19,892 nucleotides of DNA, taken from contig JBBQEB010000064.1 in the NCBI GenBank assembly GCA_038320275.1, positions 1 to 19,892 on the forward strand, read 5' to 3'. Positions 1 to 7,300 of this stretch are shown in pieces. Position 1 is the stretch's first letter; each line of letters opens with the position of its first letter. The notes beneath the pieces were generated by a model that was given only the letters and a program-made list of their open reading frames with translations, ran no database searches and was not told the origin of the DNA. The stretch comes from Myxococcales bacterium. Lineage in GTDB: Bacteria > Myxococcota > Myxococcia > Myxococcales > Anaeromyxobacteraceae. The position numbers and the translations under genes were made by a program.

Positions 1-1
1 G

Positions 2-1189
2 CCCCTGTCCGCCCTCATCCCGCTCGAGCCCCGCCCGGTGCAGCTCGCCGACGGGAGCGAGGGCATCGCGCTCCGCGATCCGCAGGGCGTGCTGGAGGGC
101 ATGGCGGTGGTCTCACCCGCGGCGTACTGGGTCCTCGCCCACATGGATGGCGAGCGCGACGCGGCCGGGGTGGCCCTGGCGCTGGAGACGGCGGGACTTC
201 GCGGCGTCACTCCCGAGGACGTGGAGCGCGTGGCGGCGCAGGCGGAGGCCAGCGGGCTCGTCGAGGGGCCGCGGCACTCCGCCCTGCTCGCGGCGGCGCT
301 GGCCCGCTTCCGCTCCGGCCCGCGCCCACCCGCCTGCGCGGGCGGCGCCTACCCCGACGATCCCGGCGAGCTGGCCGCCATGCTGCACGGCTTCTTCGCG
401 CTTCCGGACGGCCCCGGGCCGCTCGACCGCGCCGGCGCCCCGGGCCGCGAGGCGCGGCTGCTGGTCGCGCCCCACATCGACTTCCGCCGGGGCGGCGCGG
501 CCTACGCCCACGCCTACGGTGCGCTGGCCGGCTGCGAGGCGGACCTCTTCGTCGTCTTCGGCACCGCGCACGCCTCGCCCCCGCACCTCTTCACCCTCAC
601 CCGGCAGGACTTCGACACGCCGCTCGGGCGGGTGGAGGTCGACCGTGGCGTCACCGACGCGCTCGCAGCGGAGCTCGGCGAGGAGGAGCTCTTCGCCGAC
701 GAGCTCGTCCACGCGGGCGAGCACTCCTGCGAGTTCCAGGCGGTCTGGCTGCGCTGGCTCCTCGGCAACCAGCCCTTCCGCATGGTGCCGGTGCTCTGCT
801 CCTCCATCTCGCACCTCGCGGATCCCGCTGCGGTGACGGGGCCGTTCCTCGCCGCCCTGGCGCGGGCGGTCGCCGGCCGCCGGGTGTGCTACGTGGCGGG
901 TGCCGACCTCGCGCACGTAGGGCCTCAGTACGGCGACGAGCGCCCTCCCTCGCCCGAGAGGCTGAGCTGGCTCGCCGCGGAGGACCTGCGCACGCTCGAG
1001 CCCCTGGCCCGCGGGGACGCGGCCGCGTTTCACCGCGCGGCGATCGTGGAGGACGAGCGGCGACGCCTGTGCGGCGTCGCTCCGATCTACGCCGCCGTGC
1101 GCGCGAGCGGGCGCGGTGCGCGGCTCCTTTGGGCCGACCGCTGGACCGACGGCACCGATCTGGTGAGCTTCGCGGCGGCGGTGGGCTGA
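2..1189 (+). CDS. amrB: AmmeMemoRadiSam system protein B / MEMO1-family protein, long form with an N-terminal extension; probably 5'-truncated by the window edge
   Basis: MEMO-family motifs in order: AGGAYP, APHIDF, GTAH, DFDTPLG, EHSCEFQ, ADLAHVG, LCG. The frame is open from position 2 (PLSALIPLEPRPV...) through the GTG at 38, so the true start may lie outside the window. TGA at 1187-1189. Confidence 0.85.
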   Translation, partial: PLSALIPLEPRPVQLADGSEGIALRDPQGVLEGMAVVSPAAYWVLAHMDGERDAAGVALALETAGLRGVTPEDVERVAAQAEASGLVEGPRHSALLAAALARFRSGPRPPACAGGAYPDDPGELAAMLHGFFALPDGPGPLDRAGAPGREARLLVAPHIDFRRGGAAYAHAYGALAGCEADLFVVFGTAHASPPHLFTLTRQDFDTPLGRVEVDRGVTDALAAELGEEELFADELVHAGEHSCEFQAVWLRWLLGNQPFRMVPVLCSSISHLADPAAVTGPFLAALARAVAGRRVCYVAGADLAHVGPQYGDERPPSPERLSWLAAEDLRTLEPLARGDAAAFHRAAIVEDERRRLCGVAPIYAAVRASGRGARLLWADRWTDGTDLVSFAAAVG

Positions 1190-1228
1190 TAGCGGAGACC
1201 GGTCGCCGCCGGCCGCTGTCGCCGGGGA

Positions 1229-2317
1229 TCACGCCTCGCGCTTCGGAACCACCAGCCCGCGGGAGAGGCGGCGCAGCACGTTCTGGAGCTGGCGCCGCTT
1301 GTAGCGGGCGTGGTTCGAGTCGCCCTCCTCGTTCCGGCGGGCGGTGGCGGCATCGGTCACCTGGAACTCCACCAGCGAGAAGACGACGCCGCCCAGGTCC
1401 TCCGTGGGCGAGGCGCCTGGCGCGACCAGCTCGTCGATCCGCACCGGCAGGTCCACCACGAAATTGAGCATCTTGAACCCCTTCCCGGAGAACTGGTTGG
1501 CGGGGCCGGGGTCGTGCGCCTCCGCGTCGAGCGGAGCCTGCAGCTCGCGGGCGATCGCCGCCGCCGAGGGATGGCGGCGGAGCATGTCGCGAAAGCGCAG
1601 GAGCGTGTTCTGCGACTGGCCGGGGACCACGTAATTGAACGGAAAGAGGCTCGTGCAGAGGTGGTTCAGCACCGCCGGGATCTCGTCGCGGCGCTCGGTC
1701 AGGAGCCTGTAGCGCACGCGGTCGAAGATCTGGGCCGCCACCGTCTCGCCCTTGGCGAGGAGCTTCGTCACGAGCGACGCGCGCGCTTTCACGTTCCCCA
1801 CGAACTCGATGACGGGCAGGCCGAGCTGCTGCATGCGCCTCGCCTCGCCCATCACCCGCCGGTCGACCCGCTCGGCGAGGTCCGCCTCGCGGATGGGCGT
1901 GCGGAAGAGCAGCTCGCGCGCTTCCAGGTGATGCACGACGTGCATGCACTTCAGCACGATGCAGGCGATGCGCCGATGGCGCGCGTCGGCGGCGCCGCTC
2001 GCCTGCAGGAAGACGTCGCGCAGGTCGGCCGGTTGGGCCACTGCCTCGGCCACCCGGTAGCCGAACGCCTTGCGCATGTACTCCACGGCCTGCGCCAGGA
2101 TGGAGCGCAGGCGGCGCTCATCCCGGGGGTCGGACAGGTCGAACAGGTTGAGCGCGAGGAACGCGTCCACCTCCGCGGCGTCGCGGAAGTGGAGCCGCCG
2201 CCAGTCCACCACCGAGGAGCCACGCAGGATGAGCCGGACCGCCTCGAGCTGCCCCAGCCCGAGCTCACCCGTCCCGCGATGGGCCGACCCGCTTCTCGCA
2301 CCCGCGCCGCGCGCCAC
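1229..2317 (-). CDS. Uncharacterised myxobacterial protein (probably TIGR04552 family) with RelA/SpoT-synthetase-like nucleotidyltransferase motifs
   Basis: 362-aa ORF with normal globular composition. The GTG start has GGAGAG just upstream and lies 16 nt after the gltJ stop. Motifs: GNVKARASLVTK, IFDRVRYRLL, GFKMLNFVV, VEFQVTD, NEEGDSNHARYK. Family name recalled from the N-terminal LILRGSSVVDWRRL segment, not searched. Confidence 0.8.
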   Translation of the reverse strand: MARGAGARSGSAHRGTGELGLGQLEAVRLILRGSSVVDWRRLHFRDAAEVDAFLALNLFDLSDPRDERRLRSILAQAVEYMRKAFGYRVAEAVAQPADLRDVFLQASGAADARHRRIACIVLKCMHVVHHLEARELLFRTPIREADLAERVDRRVMGEARRMQQLGLPVIEFVGNVKARASLVTKLLAKGETVAAQIFDRVRYRLLTERRDEIPAVLNHLCTSLFPFNYVVPGQSQNTLLRFRDMLRRHPSAAAIARELQAPLDAEAHDPGPANQFSGKGFKMLNFVVDLPVRIDELVAPGASPTEDLGGVVFSLVEFQVTDAATARRNEEGDSNHARYKRRQLQNVLRRLSRGLVVPKREA

Positions 2318-2333
2318 GCCGCTCTCCGGCCCG

Positions 2334-4286
2334 TCAGAATTTGAAGGGGAAGTCCACCACCTGACCGGTCGTCCGCGTGCGCGGGAAGCGCAGCGACCGC
2401 ACCACGCCGGTCATGCACGAGGCGATGGGCTGGCGGGCGAACTCGTCGGAAAGGACGCGCACGTCCCGCACGCTGCCGTCGCCCTGGATGGTCCAGCGCA
2501 TCCGGAGGGTGCCGCGCGTCTCGGAATCGGCTGCTTTCTGGGCATCGATGCAGCGCACCAGGGCCGCCTTCTGGCCCACCACCGCCTCGTTGATCTGGGA
2601 CACCGAGACGCTCTCCGGCAGGTCGCTGCCGATGGCTGGCGGGACGTAGACGCTGCGCTTCTTGGGGCCGCTCGCGAGCTCCCGGTCGATGTCCTCGTCG
2701 CCCACGTCGAGCAGGGGATCGCCCGAGGGCTTGCGGCGCGGGGGGTCGGCGGGAACGGGGGCGGCTTCGCGCGCCGGGGGGAGCGCTTCCGCCGGCCTGC
2801 GCTCGGCTTTCGCCACGCGCGGCGGCGGCCGGGTGGCGGCGGGGTCCCGGTTGCGCCGGTTGCGCGGGGTGGTCGCCCGCGCTGGCTCCCGCTGCGGGGC
2901 CGCTGCCACGCGCTCGGGCGCGCGCTGGGGAGGGGGCTGCTCGGCGGCGGGAGTGGGCGTCGTGGAGGGAGCAGCGGTGGCCTGTGCGGGCTGGCCGTTC
3001 GGGTTCGCGCCCGAGGGCGCGGCGGCCGAAGGAGCAGGGGCGGGCGTCGGTGCCTGGGTCACCGCAGGCGACGGCAGCGCGGCGGTGGGTCCCGTGGGCG
3101 CGCCAGGCGCCGGCGTCGTGGAGGCGGTGGCCGCGGGAGGCGCGGCCGGCGGAGCGGGGGTCGCCGATGGCGGAACCGCCTGCGCCACCTCGGGCTGAGC
3201 TTCCGGCCGGCCGAGCGCGTTCGCTTGCCGGTCGTGCGTGAGGTACCAGATCACCCCGCCCAGGATGGCCGCGAAGACGAGCGCGAGGCCGATGCCGGTG
3301 GCGAGCACGCTCTTTCGCGCGGAGCTCTTGATGCGCCGGATCTCGGTCGGCTCGGGCGCGCTCGCGGATGCGCGCGGCCTCGGCTCGGCGCTGGGCGCGG
3401 GATCCATGCCCTTGAGGTTGAGGGGCATGATGTTGGTGGGATCGACGCCGCCCTCCGGCAGGTCCATGCGATCGACGAGCGAGCCCGAGCCTGAGCCCGG
3501 CTTCCCCGCCGGCAGGGCCTCGGAGCGCGTGGGCCGGTCGCGGGCTGCGATCTCCTCGCTTGCGAGCGCCGCCAGCGCGCTGGCAGCGGCCGGCTTCCAC
3601 CCCGCCTCGCCCGCGGCGGGTCCCTGAGGCGTCGCCGCGGGGCCGCCGGTCGCGGCGAGCGAGCTCCCAGCCGGAACGCCGGAGGCGGGGCTTCCCTGCT
3701 GGGAAGCCGCCGGCGAGGGCAGCGCGACCGCGGCCGCCGTGGCCCCGGTCGCGCCGGGACGAGCCGCAGCGGGGGTGGCGCGCTGCGCGCCCTTCCCTCC
3801 GCGCGCGACCGGCGCGAGGTAGTCGGCCATCTCTGGAATGGTGGAGAGCGGCACCCAGTCGCCCATGCCTGGGCGCCACGCCAGCGTGTCCGGGCCGATG
3901 TCTCCGGCCTCCCAGTGCCCCCTCACCCCGGCGGCGGGGAGCGGACCCACCTGCGCGTCCTTGATTGCGACGTACCAGTCGCTGATGGCCTCGGCACCGC
4001 CCGCGGACGGCCGGGACTCGGGCGCGGGCTCCGGCTCGGGGGCGGGCGCTTCGGCGCCGCCGAAGGCCTGGTCGAAGGCGCTGCCCAGCTCGCGGTCGAG
4101 CGCGGCATCGCTGACCCCGGAAAGGCGGGGGGCGGGGGCCGGAGTCGCGCCGGCCGCCTGGGCGGAGGCGCGCTTCACCAGCACCACGTTCCCGCATTTC
4201 TTGCAGCGCACCTTCACGCCGCCGGGGCCGACCTTGTCGTCCGAGATCATGTACTGCGAACCGCAGCTCTCGCAGGAGAATCTCAT
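2334..4286 (-). CDS. gltJ: Adventurous gliding motility protein GltJ (AgmX): zinc ribbon, GYF_2 domain, TM helix, Pro-rich linker, TonB-C-like (AgmX/PglI) C-terminal domain
   Basis: N-terminal MRFSCESC...VKVRCKKC zinc ribbon; GYF_2 signature WYVAIKDAQVGPL...LAWRPGMGDWVPL; hydrophobic VLATGIGLALVFAAILGGVIWYL; C-terminal GTLRMRWTIQGDGSVRDV...CMTGVVRSLRFP...VDFPFKF; position directly after gltI. Confidence 0.9.
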   Translation of the reverse strand: MRFSCESCGSQYMISDDKVGPGGVKVRCKKCGNVVLVKRASAQAAGATPAPAPRLSGVSDAALDRELGSAFDQAFGGAEAPAPEPEPAPESRPSAGGAEAISDWYVAIKDAQVGPLPAAGVRGHWEAGDIGPDTLAWRPGMGDWVPLSTIPEMADYLAPVARGGKGAQRATPAAARPGATGATAAAVALPSPAASQQGSPASGVPAGSSLAATGGPAATPQGPAAGEAGWKPAAASALAALASEEIAARDRPTRSEALPAGKPGSGSGSLVDRMDLPEGGVDPTNIMPLNLKGMDPAPSAEPRPRASASAPEPTEIRRIKSSARKSVLATGIGLALVFAAILGGVIWYLTHDRQANALGRPEAQPEVAQAVPPSATPAPPAAPPAATASTTPAPGAPTGPTAALPSPAVTQAPTPAPAPSAAAPSGANPNGQPAQATAAPSTTPTPAAEQPPPQRAPERVAAAPQREPARATTPRNRRNRDPAATRPPPRVAKAERRPAEALPPAREAAPVPADPPRRKPSGDPLLDVGDEDIDRELASGPKKRSVYVPPAIGSDLPESVSVSQINEAVVGQKAALVRCIDAQKAADSETRGTLRMRWTIQGDGSVRDVRVLSDEFARQPIASCMTGVVRSLRFPRTRTTGQVVDFPFKF

Positions 4287-4305
4287 CGCATTCCGTTCTG
4301 GTCTC

Positions 4306-7300
4306 TCATCCGTTCGGGACCACCACCGAGAGCCCGAGGTGCTGCCGCAGGGAAGCGTACTCCTCGGACGTGCAGAACAGCACCAGATCGCGCAGGCGCG
4401 TCTCGTCCTTCAGCTTCGAGACGGCCGCTTTCCCCCCCACCACGAGCTTGCGCACGACCTCGAGGTCGGCGGTCAAGAGCGCGCCCACCCTGTTCGACGT
4501 GAGCTCGGCCGCGTCCATGAACGCGCGCACGTCGCCTGGCCGCTGCACGTCGCAGTAGGCCCTGGCCAGCTTCTTGAGCGTCTGCGTGCGCGTCTCCTCG
4601 GGCAGCTCCTTCTCCATGCGGCGCTTCAGCCGCTCCACCCGCTGCGGATCGGCGGTGACGGTGAAGCGCGAGGTGCCGAGGCTCACCGCCGCCTGGAACA
4701 CCTCGTCGAGCTGGTCGTGCGGCATGAGCCGCGCGAGCGTGAGCTCGGGGCGGAGGAACGCCAAGGCCTTGCCGAGGTGGAACCAGAGCTCCTTCTTCGG
4801 TCGGTCCTGGAAGAGCTCCTCGCCGGCCACCACCGCGGGTGGCTGCAGGGGCACGAGCTGCAGGCGGGCGGACGCCTCTCCGGTGCGGAAGAGCCGTGGG
4901 GCGGCGAAGCCGAGAGCGCGCGCCGCGTACTTGTACATGTTGACGAAGAACAGCATCGAGCCGGCGACGTCCACCTCGTCGCGCTTGGGCACGAGCTCGA
5001 AGTCCTTGGGGGTCTGTGCGAACACCCCGCCCGCCTCTCGCGCGAGGAGGCTCATCACGGCCGCGAGCGGGCCCCGGGCACGCTCGTGAAGCAGGCTGCC
5101 GACCCAGAGCCCGTCGTCGAGCGCAGCGGTGGCGTTCTCGCGCGCGAAGCGGCGCAGCCGCGAGACCACCTGCGCCTCGTCGGCAGAGGCGCCGCCCACC
5201 AGGAAGGCGAGCGTCTGGGCCGCGGAGTAGGCGTCGTCGTACGCCTTGCGGCCGGCATGGAGCTTGACGAGCGCCGAGAGGGGCTTCTCCGGCGGAGTGC
5301 CCGCGCGGAGGGCCTGGCGATAAGCCGCGGCGGCCTCCTCCTCGTGGCCGGGGAGGCCAGCCGCGAGGTCGGCGTGCGCCTCGACGGCAGCGGCGTCGTC
5401 GGGGTCGGACCTCGCCACCACCTGGTAGGCCATGCGCGCCTTCTCGGGGTCGCCGAGCACGCGCCGGTAGAGCTCCGCCAGGGTCTTCCAGAGCGCCTTC
5501 CGCGCAGGCGCCGTCTCCGGCGTCTTGGGAAGCCGCCCGATCATGCGCACGTAGGCGCCTTCGAGCTCGGGCCAGCGCTTGGCCTGCGTGAGCAGGGCCT
5601 CCAGATCTGCGAAGGCTTGCACCAGGCGCGGGTCGGCGTCGAGCGCGCGCTCGAGCTCCTGCGCCGCGCCGAGCTCGTCGGAGAGCTCGTCGCGCAGCGT
5701 GAGGCCGAGGTTGTGGTGCAGCCGCGCGGCGCGCTGCGGATCGGCCTGCACCCCCGGCGCCTGCAGCAGCCGCCCCAGGACGTCGGCCGCCTTTTGACCC
5801 TGCCGCGTGTCGCGGTAGAGGCCCAGGAGCGCCTCGGTGGCGACCAGGTTTCCGGGGTCGAGCCGCGAGGCGGCGCTGAAGGCGTCGATGGCCTGGTAGG
5901 GATCTCCGAGCCGGTCGCGGCAGATGGCGCCGATGGCGAGGTAGGCCTCCACCTTGCGCGGACCGTCGAGCGAGGAGACCAGCTTCTGCCGGTGCTCGAT
6001 GGCACCCTCGAAGTCTCCCTCCCCTTCCAGCACCTCTACCAGGCTCTGGCGCGAGGGCTCGTGGCCGGAGTCGATCTCCAGCGCCTTCTCGAAGCTCTTC
6101 GCCGCGCGCTCCCCCTGGCCGAGGCGAACCTGGAGGGACCCGATCTGCCAGTAGGTCTCCACCACCTCGAGGTCGGTGAGCCCGTCGCGATGGTGGATGA
6201 GGATGGCCTGGAAGATGCGCAGCGCCTCCTCCCAGGCCTCCTCGTGGACGAGCAGGTTGCCGAGCCCCTCCAGGACCGGCAAGTAGGTGGCGTCGAGCTC
6301 GTAGGACTGACGGTACGACTGGAGCGCCTTGGCGCGGTTGCCGAGCTTCTCGGCCACGTAACCGAGCCGGTAGGACTGCCGGCAGAGCTCCTTCGCCTCG
6401 CCATCCTTCGTCAGCCGATCGACGATGACGTCGAGCACCGCCTCGGCGCGCTTCCAGTCCGCCCGCGCGATGTAGAGGTCGGCCAGCGGCCGGGCCGCGG
6501 GCAGGAAGTCGGGGACCCGCCGCAGCGCCTCCTCGTACAGCCGCGCCGCGCCGTCGGTGTCGTCGCGCTCCTCCTGGTGGATGCGCCCCGCCTCGTGGAG
6601 CAGCTTCGCCCGCTCGGCGTCGTCCTTCGTGTAGCGCGCCTCGGCGAGCAACTGCCGGAGGTACGCCTCGCGGTCACGGCTCGCCTCGGCGAGCCCGCGC
6701 AAGGCCCGCAGGCTGGGCAGGTGGCCTGGGTCCACGTCGAGAGCGCGCGCGTAGGCGAGCCTCGCCGCCGCCTCGTCGCCCAGCTCCTCGCGCTGGATGC
6801 GGCCGATGCGCGACTGGAGCTCGACCGCCTCCTCGCCCACCGCGAGCCGCGCCTCGCGGCCCAGCATCTCCAGCGCCAGGTTCCAGTTGCCGCTCTCCTC
6901 GTAGAGCCGCGCCAGGGACGAGATCGCCGCCCGCGCGTCCGGCTCCACCTCGAGGGCGTGGGAGAACATCGCCTCGGCGCGGTCGATGCGGTCGAGCTCC
7001 TTCCACCAGACCTCGCCCACCTGGACCTGAAGTCCGACGAGCTCGCGCCGGTCCTGGGTCAGCGTGGCGTGGTGCTGCAGGACGGCGATGAGCTTTTCCC
7101 ACGCCTCCTCGCGGCGGTAGAGGGCCTCCAGGCTGCGCGCGGCGGCGAGGTTGCCGGGGTCGAGGCGCAGCACCGCCTCGTTCCGCTCGATGGCCTTCTC
7201 GGGATTGCCGAGCTTCTCCTCCCAGATGGAGGCGCTCTTGCCCAGGATGCGCACCTGCTCGCGGGGGTCGGTGGCGATCTCCGCCTGCTTCTCGTACACG

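Noticed and set aside
1191..1217. Imperfect inverted repeat AGCGG-aga-CCGG-tcgccg-CCGG-CCGCT between the convergent stops
   Set aside because: Bulged stem, no U-tract on either strand, and easily produced by chance at this GC content. Not called as a terminator.
2740..3200. Pro/Ala/Thr-rich low-complexity stretch in gltJ
   Set aside because: Expected periplasm-spanning linker of TonB-like proteins; no discrete DNA repeat unit.
113..4197. Long alternative-frame ORFs overlapping amrB, the RSH-like gene and gltJ (e.g. 651-1949, 1951-4197, 1310-2344)
   Set aside because: Arg/Pro/Gly-rich or antisense translations typical of off-frame reading in very GC-rich DNA. The motif-bearing frames explain the sequence.
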